A stretch of 64,000 bases of DNA from Hyphomonadaceae bacterium (GTDB lineage Bacteria > Pseudomonadota > Alphaproteobacteria > Caulobacterales > Aquidulcibacteraceae): NCBI GenBank assembly GCA_022841905.1, contig JALHQO010000003.1, positions 44,236 to 108,235 on the forward strand, in the 5' to 3' direction. This document shows, one piece after another, positions 16,842-27,228 of this stretch. Positions within the stretch are counted from its first letter, which is position 1. Every line of letters starts with the position of its first letter. The notes under the pieces were generated by a model. It saw only the letters and a program-made list of their open reading frames with translations, did not search any database and was not told the DNA's origin. The position numbers and the translations under genes were made by a program.

Positions 16842-18217
16842 GCTGGGAAACGCGCCTTGATCACCCGCAGGGCCGCACGCAGTGCTTGCGCTTCGCCGCC
16901 CTGCGGGCGGCTCGGCTTTTCGCGCGGGGCCCAAGCGAAGATGTCAAAGTGCGCCCACGATTGCACGGTCACGAACCGGCGCAGGAAGAGCGCCCCGAAA
17001 ATCGCGCCGGCGAACGCGCCGTCGCCAGTGTTCTTCATATCGGCGATCGGTGAATCCATGTCGCTCTCATAGGCGTCCCAGAGCGGCATGCGCCAGATCG
17101 GATCGGCGCTCTCGATCGATGCGCTCGCCAACTCCGCGGCAAGCGCATCGTCATTGGTGAAGAAGGGCGGGATGTCGGGGCCGAGCGCAGTGCGTGCAGC
17201 GCCGGTCAGCGTGGCGAAATCCAGCAACAGGGCGGGCTCGTCTTCGCATGCACGCGTGAGCGCGTCGGCGAGAACCAGGCGTCCTTCCGCGTCGGTGTTA
17301 TCAATTTCAACGGTTGGGCCCTTACGGCTTGCGATCACATCGCCTGGGCGGAAGGCGTCGCCCGAGATCGAATTTTCCACCACCGCGAGATAGACATCGA
17401 GCTTCACCTTCAAGCCCGCTTGCATCACCGCTTGCGCGAGCGCCAAAGCGTGGGCTGCGCCGCCCATGTCTTTCTTCATCATGCGCATGCCGGCCGACGG
17501 CTTGATGTCGAGCCCACCCGTATCGAACGTCACGCCCTTGCCGACGAGCGCTAGGCGCGGCGCGCTCTGATCGCCCCACGAGAGATGCAGTAGACGCGGC
17601 GCTTGCGCGGCGGCGCGGCCAACGGCGTGGATCAGCGGATAGTTTTGCGTGAGCAAGTCGTCGCCGACGATCGCTTCGAATGTCGCGCCATTTTCCTTCG
17701 CCACCGCTTCGGCGGCGGCGTGGAGCGCATCCGGCCCCATGTCGTTGGTCGGCGTGTTGACGAGGTCGCGTGCGAGCCAAGAGGCTGAGACGATACGCTC
17801 GGCTTCGCCCAAGTCCGCGCCATCGGGCGGGACGAGGCGCGGTGCGGGGCGCTTGCGCTTCTTGTAAAGCTCGAACGCATAGGCGCCCAAACCCCAAGCC
17901 ACCGTCACCAAAGTCGCTGCGAACTCGCGCGGCGCGGCGGCGACGCGGTAGTCGCCGGCGGGCAGGTGCTGCGCCAACGCCCCCATCGCCATCGCATTGG
18001 CTTTGTCGCCGACGCCGAACAGCACACGCTCGATCGCCCCGTCCGTGGCCGGCACGAGCAGGATGCGGCCGCTCTGCGCCTGAAAGTCGTGCGCCCGCGC
18101 CAAGCGCTTCAAGTTTTCCGGCCGGCTCTCGATCCAATCCTTCCACTCGCCCGAGCGCAGTGCGTGGATCGGGACCGCTTGCGCGGCGCTGTCCGTCAGG
18201 AAGGGGAGCGTGGGCAT
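16838..18217 (-). CDS. M17 leucyl aminopeptidase family protein
   Basis: 459 aa. Signature NTDAEGRLVLADAL plus KGVTFDTGGLDIK. Confidence 0.88.
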   Translation of the reverse strand: MPTLPFLTDSAAQAVPIHALRSGEWKDWIESRPENLKRLARAHDFQAQSGRILLVPATDGAIERVLFGVGDKANAMAMGALAQHLPAGDYRVAAAPREFAATLVTVAWGLGAYAFELYKKRKRPAPRLVPPDGADLGEAERIVSASWLARDLVNTPTNDMGPDALHAAAEAVAKENGATFEAIVGDDLLTQNYPLIHAVGRAAAQAPRLLHLSWGDQSAPRLALVGKGVTFDTGGLDIKPSAGMRMMKKDMGGAAHALALAQAVMQAGLKVKLDVYLAVVENSISGDAFRPGDVIASRKGPTVEIDNTDAEGRLVLADALTRACEDEPALLLDFATLTGAARTALGPDIPPFFTNDDALAAELASASIESADPIWRMPLWDAYESDMDSPIADMKNTGDGAFAGAIFGALFLRRFVTVQSWAHFDIFAWAPREKPSRPQGGEAQALRAALRVIKARFPA

Positions 18218-18377
18218 GGGGCGTAAGGACTCGGGATGAGGGACTAGAGGCGCGATTTAGGCTCACTGCCTCCCACACGCCAGCCCGACTCGTCCCTTGT
18301 CCCCAATCTCTCATCCCGAATTAGCGCTTTATTGAGCAACGCATTGCACCGTTAGGCGCTTGTTAGGATTCGCGCCC

Positions 18378-19181
18378 ATGTCCACGATGTCCCGCCTGCC
18401 TGCCGCGTTGCTCGCGCTCACCGCCGTTTCCGCCTGCGCCACGCTTGGCGTGGGCGGCGGTGGCGAGGAGGAGCGCGCCGTTCAAGCGCCGGGCGCCAGC
18501 GCCACGGTCGATCGCGACGCGCGCCAACGCATCGGCCGCGAGGAAATGCTCACACAAATGGCCTTCTGGGCCGCCGAGTATCAGGCGTTCCCGAATGATC
18601 TGGAGGCTGCCCAGCGCTTTGCCGAAACGCTCCGCCGCGGCGGACGGGTTGATCGCGCTGTCCAGATTGCGTCGGAAGCGCTGGCCCGCTTCCCGCAGGA
18701 CCGCCAGCTGCTGACAACGTACGGCTACGCCCAAATTTCCAACGGCAACCCGCACGAGGCGCTGCGCCCGCTCGCGCTGGTGGCGCAAGCGGAGCCGGAG
18801 AATTGGCGCGTTCGCTCAGGCCTGGGCGCCGCACTCGACCAGCTCGGCCGCTTCGACGAAGCGCGCGCCGCCTATCAGGAAGCGCTGGCGATTGAGCCGA
18901 ACAATGTGCGCGTGCTCACAAATCTGGGCGTCTCTCACCTAATGGCTGGCGAACCGGCAGACGCCGAGCGCTATCTCCGTCAGGCCGCCGACATGCAAGG
19001 CGCGCCACCGGAGACGCGCCACAATCTGGCGATCTCGCTGGCGCTGCAGGGCCGCTTCGATGAAGCCGAACGCATCGAGCGCACCGATCTTCCGCCGGCG
19101 CTCGCCGCGCAAAACATCGCCTATCTCCGCGGCCTTCTGCGCGACCCGCGCAGCTGGAGCGATCTTGGGCGGCCGGGCTAG
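18378..19181 (+). CDS. TPR-repeat lipoprotein, TadD/CpaI-like
   Basis: Lipobox LALTAVSAC followed by about 5 TPR units (e.g. FDEARAAYQEALAIEPNN). Lies at the edge of the tad locus. An upstream TTG at 18360 is possible. Confidence 0.6.
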   Translation: MSTMSRLPAALLALTAVSACATLGVGGGGEEERAVQAPGASATVDRDARQRIGREEMLTQMAFWAAEYQAFPNDLEAAQRFAETLRRGGRVDRAVQIASEALARFPQDRQLLTTYGYAQISNGNPHEALRPLALVAQAEPENWRVRSGLGAALDQLGRFDEARAAYQEALAIEPNNVRVLTNLGVSHLMAGEPADAERYLRQAADMQGAPPETRHNLAISLALQGRFDEAERIERTDLPPALAAQNIAYLRGLLRDPRSWSDLGRPG

Positions 19182-19837
19182 CGCGCTGCCAACCTAGTCC
19201 GTTCCGAAATCCTATCGCGCAGCACGAACGTCGTGACCAAGATCACGAGCATGATCGTGGCTGAGAGCGCCGTCCACGCATAAGTCCATCCAAGGTCGAT
19301 AAAGCGCGGCAACAGATTGTGCGCCGCGTGCAGGGCGCCGGCGGCGATCACACCCGTGCACCACCCTCGCCATCGCCCGCCCATGGCAAGTGCAATGGAC
19401 ACTGACAGCACGGTGAGCGCGGCATGCGAGACGATGGCTATCGAGTCGTACGTCACGGCAGCGAGTGGTGTGAACCGCGCTTGAAACTCAGCCGTCCAGT
19501 TCATCCAAAGCAGAATGCGCTCGATTCCGCCAAGGGTCGCCCCGATCAGCGCCGCGCATATCCACCAAGATAGTCTGTTGGTTCGTGGGCGCGCGCTCCA
19601 GGCGCCGAACGCCTTGGAGATTTCTTCGCTGATCGCGCCCCACGTGAAGAAGGCGATGCTTATGATCTGCGCCGGTAAGCCCAGCGCCTCGCGCGCCGCG
19701 ATCCAAAACCGGGGGTACGTCGCTATTGACAGGAGACCGGCCGCGAGAAAGCAAGCGACGATGCCGAGCAGGATCAGGCCAATACTGCTGGCCCAGCCTA
19801 CCGGCTTTGCGACTGTAGAAGCTTTGTCTACCGGCAC
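19178..19837 (-). CDS. PrsW/CPBP-like intramembrane metalloprotease
   Basis: 219 aa, polytopic. Motifs EEISK (EExxK) and HAAHN (HxxxN) in hydrophobic segments. Lies immediately downstream of tadC on the same strand. Confidence 0.5.
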   Translation of the reverse strand: MPVDKASTVAKPVGWASSIGLILLGIVACFLAAGLLSIATYPRFWIAAREALGLPAQIISIAFFTWGAISEEISKAFGAWSARPRTNRLSWWICAALIGATLGGIERILLWMNWTAEFQARFTPLAAVTYDSIAIVSHAALTVLSVSIALAMGGRWRGWCTGVIAAGALHAAHNLLPRFIDLGWTYAWTALSATIMLVILVTTFVLRDRISERTRLAAR

Positions 19838-19916
19838 GGCCCGCTCCGCTCTTGCCGAGGGAGAACGGTAGCCAGGCGCGATTTTACGTCAATCAGAATG
19901 GGGGCGCGGACTTACT

Positions 19917-20894
19917 CTACCGGCTCGACAGGATCTCGTTCACTTGGATCGCGGCGGGGCCGATGATGACGGCGAACAGCACCGGCAGGAAGAACACGAT
20001 CATCGGCACAGTGAGCTTCGGGGGCAGGGACGCCGCCTTTTTCTCGGCTTCCGCCAAGCGCAGATCGCGGTTTTCCTTGGCCATAACGCGCAGCGCCTGG
20101 CCGACGGGCGTGCCGTATTTCTCCGCTTGCGTCAGCGCCATCGCGACGGCTTTGACGCCGGGATGGTTGGTGCGGCGTGCGAGGTTTTCGTAGGCCATGC
20201 GGCGCTCGGGCAGGTAGGAGAGCTCGGCAGTCGTAAGCGCGAATTCTTCCGCCAGCTCCACTGATGCTGGCGCGATTTCCTGGCCGACGCGCTGTAGCGC
20301 CATTTCGATCGACATGCCGCTTTCGACGCAGATCAGCATCATGTCGAGGCTGTCCGGGAAAGCTTGCATGATTTTAGTGCGGCGGTTGTCGGCTAGATTT
20401 TTCAAGTAGAGGTTCGGCGCGTAATAGCCGAGCGCGACGCCGCCGACGACGGCGGCGAGCTTCATGTGCAGCGGCAGTTCAGCGCCGAACGCAATCACGT
20501 AGAAGAGGCCCGCCGCGCCGAACGCGATCGGCAACGCGGCGCGGTAGAAGTAGAACATGGTCTGCGCGGCCTGCCCACGCATGCCGGCGCGGATCAGTTT
20601 TTCAGACAGCGAGTCGTCGGCGAGCGCCTTTTGCAGGTTCAGCTGATCGACCAGGCGCTTGGCGAACTGGTTGGCGTTCTTGTGCTGCAGCGAGCCCACG
20701 CCCTTCGCCAACTCGGCGCGCGAGCGTTTGCGGAGCTCTTCGCGCTTCTTGGCCACTTCCTTCAAGCGCGAGCCCAGTTTGTTTTCCGACATGGCGGGCG
20801 CAGCGACCGTGACGATAGTCGCAAAGCACGCCAACGCGGCCAGGACGCCGGCGATCGTCAGCGGGTCGGTCAGGGTTTCGACAATGTCGTTCAT
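19917..20894 (-). CDS. tadC: Flp pilus assembly inner-membrane platform protein TadC (T2SS F domain)
   Basis: 325 aa with GspF-like topology. Position after tadB. Confidence 0.85.
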   Translation of the reverse strand: MNDIVETLTDPLTIAGVLAALACFATIVTVAAPAMSENKLGSRLKEVAKKREELRKRSRAELAKGVGSLQHKNANQFAKRLVDQLNLQKALADDSLSEKLIRAGMRGQAAQTMFYFYRAALPIAFGAAGLFYVIAFGAELPLHMKLAAVVGGVALGYYAPNLYLKNLADNRRTKIMQAFPDSLDMMLICVESGMSIEMALQRVGQEIAPASVELAEEFALTTAELSYLPERRMAYENLARRTNHPGVKAVAMALTQAEKYGTPVGQALRVMAKENRDLRLAEAEKKAASLPPKLTVPMIVFFLPVLFAVIIGPAAIQVNEILSSR

Positions 20895-20901
20895 CGCACC
20901 C

Positions 20902-21882
20902 TCAGAATTTGAAGTTGACCATCTTGTGCATCACGAACACGCCGATCGACATCAGCACGGCGCTGCCCATGAGGATGAGATTGCCGACAGGGTGGATGAA
21001 CAAAACGGAGATGTAGTCGGGCCGCGTGAAGTGCACGAGGCCCATGACGATAACAGGCAAGGCGCCGATGATCATGGCTGACGCTTTGGCCTCAGCCGAG
21101 AGCGCTTTGACCTTTTCAACCATCAGCTTGCGCGCGCGCAGCACGTTCGAGAGGTTGCCCAGCGATTCTGAGAGGTTGCCGCCTGTCTTCTGCTGAATGA
21201 TCAGTACGATCGAGAAGAAGTTCACTTCCGGCAGCGGCATGTGATCGTACATGCGCTGCATGCCTTGTTCGAGCGGCACGCCCATCGCTTGGCTATCGCA
21301 CAATTGCTGGAACTCGCTCTTCAGCGGCTCTGGGCTTTCGGCGGCGATGATGCGCAGACATTGATTGAGCGGCAGGCCGGATTTCACGCCGCGCACGATG
21401 ACGTCGATGGCGTCGGCGAGTTGGCTGCCGAATTTCTTTTGGCGGCCGGAGACGAGAAAGCCCAACACCCAGCGGGGCAGGCCGAACAAGCCGATGAAAA
21501 AGCCCATCGCCGCGCCGATCGGCCCTTGAATGAGGAGCCCCGCAATCAACAACACCACGGCGGCGACGCCAGCATAGACCCAATACATGGTCAGCGTCAG
21601 CTTGATGCCGGCTTGCGCGATCTGGCCCTTGATCGAAACACGACGCTTACGCGATTGTTTTTCGCTGGCGGTTAGTTCTTTCAGCGCTTCCTGTGTCGTT
21701 TGCTTGCGCTTAAGCGCGGCCATATCGACGGCCTGCTTGCGCTTGTCGACCTTGGTTGTGCCGGCCACTGCCTTCACACGCTTTGCCGCCGCCGCCGGTT
21801 GGCCCGGTGCGGCGGTAAGCACAAAGCCCACGCCGCCGATGGCGACAAAGGCGAGGGCGGCGACCATGAGAGCCGGATCCAT
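20902..21882 (-). CDS. tadB: Flp pilus assembly inner-membrane platform protein TadB (T2SS F domain)
   Basis: 326 aa. Its start overlaps the cpaF stop. GspF-like domain. Confidence 0.85.
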   Translation of the reverse strand: MDPALMVAALAFVAIGGVGFVLTAAPGQPAAAAKRVKAVAGTTKVDKRKQAVDMAALKRKQTTQEALKELTASEKQSRKRRVSIKGQIAQAGIKLTLTMYWVYAGVAAVVLLIAGLLIQGPIGAAMGFFIGLFGLPRWVLGFLVSGRQKKFGSQLADAIDVIVRGVKSGLPLNQCLRIIAAESPEPLKSEFQQLCDSQAMGVPLEQGMQRMYDHMPLPEVNFFSIVLIIQQKTGGNLSESLGNLSNVLRARKLMVEKVKALSAEAKASAMIIGALPVIVMGLVHFTRPDYISVLFIHPVGNLILMGSAVLMSIGVFVMHKMVNFKF

Positions 21883-23411
21883 CAGGCTTGCTCCGTCTCG
21901 TCGAGCGCCTGTGCGAGTTCTTTCTCGAGGCCGAAATAGCGAGCGCGTTCCCAGAAGCGCGGACGGCCGACGCCGGTGCCCTTGTGGCGGCCGGTGATGC
22001 GCCCGTTCTGATCTTCGCCCTGGATTTCGTAAACCAGCAAATCCTGGGTGATGATCGTCTCGCCTTCGAGACCCAGCACTTCGGTGATTTGGGTGATGCG
22101 GCGCGAACCGTCGCGCAGGCGCGCGGCCTGGATCACGACGTCGACGGCGGCGACGATGATTTCGCGGATGGTTTTCGGCGGCAGCGAGAAGCCGCCCATC
22201 GTGATCATCGATTCCAGACGGGAGAGGGCTTCGCGCGGCGTGTTGGCGTGCAGCGTGCCCATAGAGCCGTCGTGGCCGGTGTTCATGGCTTGCAGCAAGT
22301 CGAACGACTCGCTGCCGCGGACTTCGCCGACGATGATCCGCTCAGGCCGCATACGCAGGCAGTTTTTGACCAGATCGCGCATCGTGACTTGGCCGGAACC
22401 TTCAAGGTTCGGCGGCCGCGTTTCGAGGCGCACGACGTGCGGCTGCTGCAGTTGCAGTTCGGCGGCGTCTTCGCAGGTGATGACGCGTTCGGTCGGATCG
22501 ATGAAGGCGGTCAGCGTGTTGAGCAATGTGGTTTTGCCCGAACCGGTACCGCCGGAGATCAGCACGTTGCAGCGGCAGGCGCCGATGATTTGCAAAATTT
22601 TCGCGCCCGCAGGCGAGATCGAGCCGAACTCCACCAGATTGGAGAGCTTCAGCTTGTCCTTTTTGAATTTCCGGATGGTGAGCGTCGGTCCGTCGATGGC
22701 CAGCGGCGGCACGATGACGTTGACACGAGAGCCATCAGGCAAGCGCGCGTCGCAGATCGGCGAGCTTTCATCGACGCGCCGGCCGACTTGGCTGACGATG
22801 CGTTGGCAGATGTTCATCAACTGGCCGTTGTCGCGGAAGCGGATGCCAGTCTTTGAAATCTTGCCGTTGACTTCGATGAACACGGCATTGGCGCCATTGA
22901 CCATGATGTCGGCAATGTCGTCGCGCGCCAGCAGCGGCTCGAGCGGGCCATAGCCCAAAACGTCGTTGCAGATGTCGTCGAGCAGGGCTTCCTGCTCGGC
23001 GATCGACATGACGACGTTCTTGATCGAGATGATCTCGGCGACGATGTCGCGGATCTCGTCGCGCGCGCTTTCTGGATCGAGCTGCGCCAGTTGCGTTAGA
23101 TCGATGGTTTCGATCAGCGCGTTGAAAATCGTCGATTTAACGCGGTAATACGCTTCCGAACGATACTCCGGCCCGCTGCCGTCATCGACGGCGGATGGCA
23201 TCATACGCGGGTTGGCGGAGACAGCAGGCGGTGCAGCAGCGGCAGGACGCGCCGCTGACGGTGCGGCGGGCGCTGCAGGGCGCGGTGCAGCTTGCGCCGG
23301 TGCGGGCTTGGCGCCGACCGCGGCTTGCACACGCGCAACCGGTGGCGGCGGCGCAACGGCCGGCGCAGCCGGCGTCGGTGTCGGCCCATCGAGGCTGCGC
23401 TTGCCGAACAT
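21882..23411 (-). CDS. cpaF: Flp pilus assembly ATPase CpaF/TadA
   Basis: 509 aa. Walker A ISGGTGSGKTT, Asp box, Walker B and His box of secretion ATPases. Ala/Pro-rich N-terminal extension. Confidence 0.95.
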   Translation of the reverse strand: MFGKRSLDGPTPTPAAPAVAPPPPVARVQAAVGAKPAPAQAAPRPAAPAAPSAARPAAAAPPAVSANPRMMPSAVDDGSGPEYRSEAYYRVKSTIFNALIETIDLTQLAQLDPESARDEIRDIVAEIISIKNVVMSIAEQEALLDDICNDVLGYGPLEPLLARDDIADIMVNGANAVFIEVNGKISKTGIRFRDNGQLMNICQRIVSQVGRRVDESSPICDARLPDGSRVNVIVPPLAIDGPTLTIRKFKKDKLKLSNLVEFGSISPAGAKILQIIGACRCNVLISGGTGSGKTTLLNTLTAFIDPTERVITCEDAAELQLQQPHVVRLETRPPNLEGSGQVTMRDLVKNCLRMRPERIIVGEVRGSESFDLLQAMNTGHDGSMGTLHANTPREALSRLESMITMGGFSLPPKTIREIIVAAVDVVIQAARLRDGSRRITQITEVLGLEGETIITQDLLVYEIQGEDQNGRITGRHKGTGVGRPRFWERARYFGLEKELAQALDETEQA

Positions 23412-23419
23412 CTACGCCC

Positions 23420-24856
23420 CTAACGCTTCAAAAACGGGATCTTGTCGGTGAAGGACGACTTCTTGGTCTCCACCGTTTTGCGGCCCGTGAGCGATGCGGC
23501 GAGCGCATCAAGCGCCAGCGCAGTCTTCGACTGTGCTGCGACTTCACTGATCATCTGGCCGTTATTGGCCGCCATACCGAACAGTTGCGGGTCGAATGGA
23601 ATGCAGGCGACGGGATCGGCGCCCAGCGCTTCGGCGAAATCCTTCAGCGGAATTTCGGGCCGCTTCGGCACGCCCACCATCGAGAGCACCACCGTCGGCG
23701 GCGCATCGTAGGGACGCATGGACCGCAGCAGATCCATAATATTCTTGGTGTTGCGCAGGCTCGCTAGATCAGGGCCAGCGACAATGATGGCGTCGTCGGC
23801 GGAGAGCAGCGTGTGCTTGATCCATGAGGTCCACACATGCGGCAGGTCGAGCACAACGAACGGGCTCGTGCGGCGCACGCGTTCGATCACCATCTCGTAG
23901 GATTGTGGATCGAGTTCGAATTCGCGCTCCAACGTCGCCGGCGCCGTCAGCATTTGCAGGCGTTGCGTTTGCTTAGTGGTGACGCGCTCCAGGAACACGT
24001 CATCAACCCGATCCGGCGCCATCAGCGCGTCGGCGATCGACTGCGGCGGGTCTTGATTGAAGTCGAGCGCCGCTGTGCCGAAGGAAAGGTCGAGATCGAG
24101 CAGGGTGGCGCTCGATTCCTGGCGCTCTGCGATCGACCAGGCGATGTTGTGGGCGATGGTGGAGGCGCCAATGCCGCCACGCGCGCCGATCACGGCGATG
24201 ACGCGGCCGGCGAACGGCTTGTCCGGATTGACGTAGAGCCCGCACACGGTGCGGATCATGTCGATCGGCATGATCGGCGGCACGATGTATTCGCTCACGC
24301 CGCGGCTCATCAGCTCGCGGAAGAGGGCGATGTCGTTGACGGCGCCGACGATGACGACCTTGGTGCCTTCCTCAATCACCTGCGCGAGGCGATCGAGATT
24401 GTGCAGCATCTGCTGACCCTGCATCAGCGTGTCGAGGATGAGCAGGTTCGGGCTGGCTTGGCTGGCGAAGCGCGTGATGGCGGCTTCGATGCCGCCCGGT
24501 TCGACGCTGATCTCGGCCCGCGCCATGCGACGGTCGGCGCCGATGCCGGCGATGAGATCGGCGACTTCGTGGCGATCGCAGCAGGCATGAATGGTGATGC
24601 GCGGCACCGGTTGCTCGGTGCTGCGGCTGTCGTCCCAGGCAGCGGCCGGCGTGGGCGCTGGCAGTGGCGCGGCCAAGCCGAACGGATCATCGCCTTCAAG
24701 CGCTGCGCCGCCCGTTTGATTGGCGGGCGGCGGCGGTTCGCCGTCGAAAGGCGGCAGCTCAACGCCTTCGAGATCGCCGACGCCGAAATTTTCGTCGTCT
24801 TCGAGCACGAAGTCGTCGTCCGTACCGAGGCTCCAGGCGGGATCGGGTTTGCTCAT
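23420..24856 (-). CDS. cpaE: pilus assembly protein CpaE/TadZ (receiver-like domain + MinD/ParA-like ATPase)
   Basis: 478 aa. Acidic N-terminus and a deviant Walker A region, VIGARGGIGASTIAHN. Confidence 0.85.
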   Translation of the reverse strand: MSKPDPAWSLGTDDDFVLEDDENFGVGDLEGVELPPFDGEPPPPANQTGGAALEGDDPFGLAAPLPAPTPAAAWDDSRSTEQPVPRITIHACCDRHEVADLIAGIGADRRMARAEISVEPGGIEAAITRFASQASPNLLILDTLMQGQQMLHNLDRLAQVIEEGTKVVIVGAVNDIALFRELMSRGVSEYIVPPIMPIDMIRTVCGLYVNPDKPFAGRVIAVIGARGGIGASTIAHNIAWSIAERQESSATLLDLDLSFGTAALDFNQDPPQSIADALMAPDRVDDVFLERVTTKQTQRLQMLTAPATLEREFELDPQSYEMVIERVRRTSPFVVLDLPHVWTSWIKHTLLSADDAIIVAGPDLASLRNTKNIMDLLRSMRPYDAPPTVVLSMVGVPKRPEIPLKDFAEALGADPVACIPFDPQLFGMAANNGQMISEVAAQSKTALALDALAASLTGRKTVETKKSSFTDKIPFLKR

Positions 24857-24868
24857 TTGTTCAGAGCC

Positions 24869-25570
24869 CTATTGCACCGCATTGCTGATTTGAATGCGTT
24901 CGTCATTGCTGCGATCGGCGTGTGTCTGTTCGCCTTCGCGATAAGCATCGAACACCGTGTCGCGACGGCCGGAATCGCGCGGGTCCATTACGCGCGGGCG
25001 CAACAGATCGGCCGGATCTTCGACCATGGCCGCGAGATTGTTCATCGTCGCGCAGCCGAAGCTGGCCCACGGCTGGTTGTTACTCTGGTGCGCCAAATCC
25101 TGCTCCCAGAGCGGCGCGCACTCGGCGGCTTCGGCTTCGTAGCGCGAGAAGCTGACAATGATCGGTGCGTCGGCCGAGCCGGACGCGTCATAGGTTGAGC
25201 CTGCGACCGCCGCGTAAGAGACGCCGGCTTCCACCAGCGCGCGGCGCGTGTCGTTGGCGATGAGAGAGGCGGCGTCCGAATTGGCGGCGCCGGACGGCGT
25301 GCTCAAAACCAAAGCGCCGTGGCCGTAGCGCAGATAACCGCCAGCAAACGCGCGAAGCTCAGCTTGCGAGGCCGGCGAGATCGTCATGGCGCCGGGCGTC
25401 ACCGGCACTTCGATTCGCTCAGCCGTTTGCGTGACCGTGATGCGGTGTGAATCGGCGATCGTCGGCGTCGCGGGACCGGGCGGCGGCGGCGGCACGCTTG
25501 CGCATGCGCCGAGCGCGCTCAAACCGATCAGGAAAAAGGGCAGGCGAACATTCATGGTAAGGCGCCTCAT
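24869..25570 (-). CDS. cpaD: CpaD-family pilus assembly lipoprotein
   Basis: 233 aa. Lipobox LSALGAC. ATGA overlap with the cpaC stop. Position is conserved in cpa loci. Confidence 0.75.
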   Translation of the reverse strand: MRRLTMNVRLPFFLIGLSALGACASVPPPPPGPATPTIADSHRITVTQTAERIEVPVTPGAMTISPASQAELRAFAGGYLRYGHGALVLSTPSGAANSDAASLIANDTRRALVEAGVSYAAVAGSTYDASGSADAPIIVSFSRYEAEAAECAPLWEQDLAHQSNNQPWASFGCATMNNLAAMVEDPADLLRPRVMDPRDSGRRDTVFDAYREGEQTHADRSNDERIQISNAVQ

Positions 25571-27228
25571 TCGATCACGTGGCCGTGCGGGCCCTGCAGG
25601 CCTTGCGCGTTGTCGTCGTCGCCACTGGCGTTGGCGGGACGATAGAGTGAGTTCAGTCGGCCCGAGAGCAAGCTTTCGCCTTCGCTCGGATTGCGGAAGC
25701 CGTCAGCCGGGGTGCGCAGACGTTCGGGGCTGGTCGGCTGCACCAGGTATGGCGTGACGATGATGACGAGCTCGGTTTCGTTGTTGATGAAATCGCGCGA
25801 GCGGAAGAGCGCGCCCAGGATTGGCGAGTTCATCACGCCGGGCACGCCTTCCATGGCGTGACGCGTGCGCTCTTGGATCAAGCCGGCCAGTACGATCGAA
25901 CTGCCGGACGACATTTCCAGCGTCGTCTCCGCGCGCCGCACTTGCAGGGCAGGGATATTGATGCCGCGCACCACTGTGGTGGAGCCGTCAGGGTTGCGGA
26001 TCGGGGTGTCGCCGGTTGAGATCGCGCCTTCCGACGTGAGTTCGCTCACTTCGGTTGCGATCTTCAGCGAAATGCGCCCGCCCGACATGACCACCGGTGT
26101 AAAGGCGAGGCCGACGCCGAACGGTTTGAACTCGACGGAAATCTGGCCGTCGTCGCTGCTGACCGGCACCGGGAATTCGCCACCCGCGAGGAAGCGCGCA
26201 TTCTCGCCGGAGATGGCGGTGAGGTTCGGTTCAGCCAGCACACGCAACAAGCCTGCGCGTTCGAAGGCTTCGATCGTCGCGTCCGTGCGGCGCGAGTTCT
26301 CGATGCTTGCGGGGCCGTACGTGATCTGCCCGGAGTCCGGGTCGACCGTATAGCCGCCGACGCCGGCTTGGCCCGGTGTGATGCTCGGATCGACCGTGCC
26401 GCTCGGATAAGCGTAGCTGTTCGGGCGCAGGATGTTTTCGGCGATGCCGCCGGTGGCTGCGAGGCCGCCCAGAATCTGACCGTTGATCGAGAAGCCGTTG
26501 CGCGTCGCGATATCGAGGAAATCGCTTTCGCCGATCAGACGATTGATCATCTCGTCGTAGTTGGCGTTGATGCCGAGCTGGCGCACCAGCGTGCGGCTCA
26601 TTTCGACGACGCGAACACGAACTAGAACCTGCTCGCTGCCTTGTACTTGGACCAGGTTGACGATGCGGTTGTCGCCAGCGCCCGCTGCGGCGCCTGCGCC
26701 GGCCCCGCCTGAGGTTTGCAGGAATTGCAACGCCAGCTGGCGTGCGCGATCCGATTCCGCCGCGCTCCGCGCCGTGCCGGACAGGATGATCGAACCGTTC
26801 AATGCTTCGGCGGTTATTTGCGAATCCGGCGAGTGGCGTCCAAGGATCGAGTTCAGCGGCTCGACGTCCGGTTCGACGCGGATTTCGACGTTGGCGATTT
26901 GTCGGCCCTGTGCGTCGAAGAAGAAAATGTTGGTCTGCCCGAGCGCGCGACCGATCACGTAAGCGCGTCGCGCCGTCCGCACAGTGGCGTCGGCGATTTC
27001 GGGATTGGAAATCAGGATGTCGCGCGCATCGGCAGGCAGATCGATGATCGCCGATTTGCCGAAGGGCAGGATCAGCGTCGCCGATTGCGAGCCGCCGCCA
27101 TTGGTGATGCGCAGTGTCGGCGCGTTGGCTGGCTCAACTTGCGCGAAAGCGTAAGTCGGCGAGAGCGCGACGGCGGAGGAGAGGACTGTCGCGAGCGACA
27201 GGCGAAGGTATTTGCCGGGGTTCATCAA
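25567..27228 (-). CDS. cpaC: outer-membrane secretin CpaC/RcpA
   Basis: 553 aa with a signal peptide and a C-terminal secretin domain (PGVMNSPILGALFRSRDFINNETELVIIVTPYLV). Confidence 0.95.
   Translation of the reverse strand: MMNPGKYLRLSLATVLSSAVALSPTYAFAQVEPANAPTLRITNGGGSQSATLILPFGKSAIIDLPADARDILISNPEIADATVRTARRAYVIGRALGQTNIFFFDAQGRQIANVEIRVEPDVEPLNSILGRHSPDSQITAEALNGSIILSGTARSAAESDRARQLALQFLQTSGGAGAGAAAGAGDNRIVNLVQVQGSEQVLVRVRVVEMSRTLVRQLGINANYDEMINRLIGESDFLDIATRNGFSINGQILGGLAATGGIAENILRPNSYAYPSGTVDPSITPGQAGVGGYTVDPDSGQITYGPASIENSRRTDATIEAFERAGLLRVLAEPNLTAISGENARFLAGGEFPVPVSSDDGQISVEFKPFGVGLAFTPVVMSGGRISLKIATEVSELTSEGAISTGDTPIRNPDGSTTVVRGINIPALQVRRAETTLEMSSGSSIVLAGLIQERTRHAMEGVPGVMNSPILGALFRSRDFINNETELVIIVTPYLVQPTSPERLRTPADGFRNPSEGESLLSGRLNSLYRPANASGDDDNAQGLQGPHGHVIE

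Noticed and set aside
17322-18314. 330-aa minus-strand ORF overlapping the aminopeptidase gene
   Set aside because: It is an alternative frame of the well-supported M17 peptidase gene. The product is extremely Arg/Ala/Gly/Pro-rich, typical of a shadow ORF in high-GC DNA.
21888-22953. Two long plus-strand ORFs (322 and 301 aa)
   Set aside because: Both are antisense to cpaF, whose Walker motifs leave no doubt about the true frame.
23837-25198. 453-aa plus-strand ORF
   Set aside because: It is antisense to cpaE and cpaD. The composition is Arg/Asp/His-rich low complexity and there is no domain signature. A high-GC antisense artefact.
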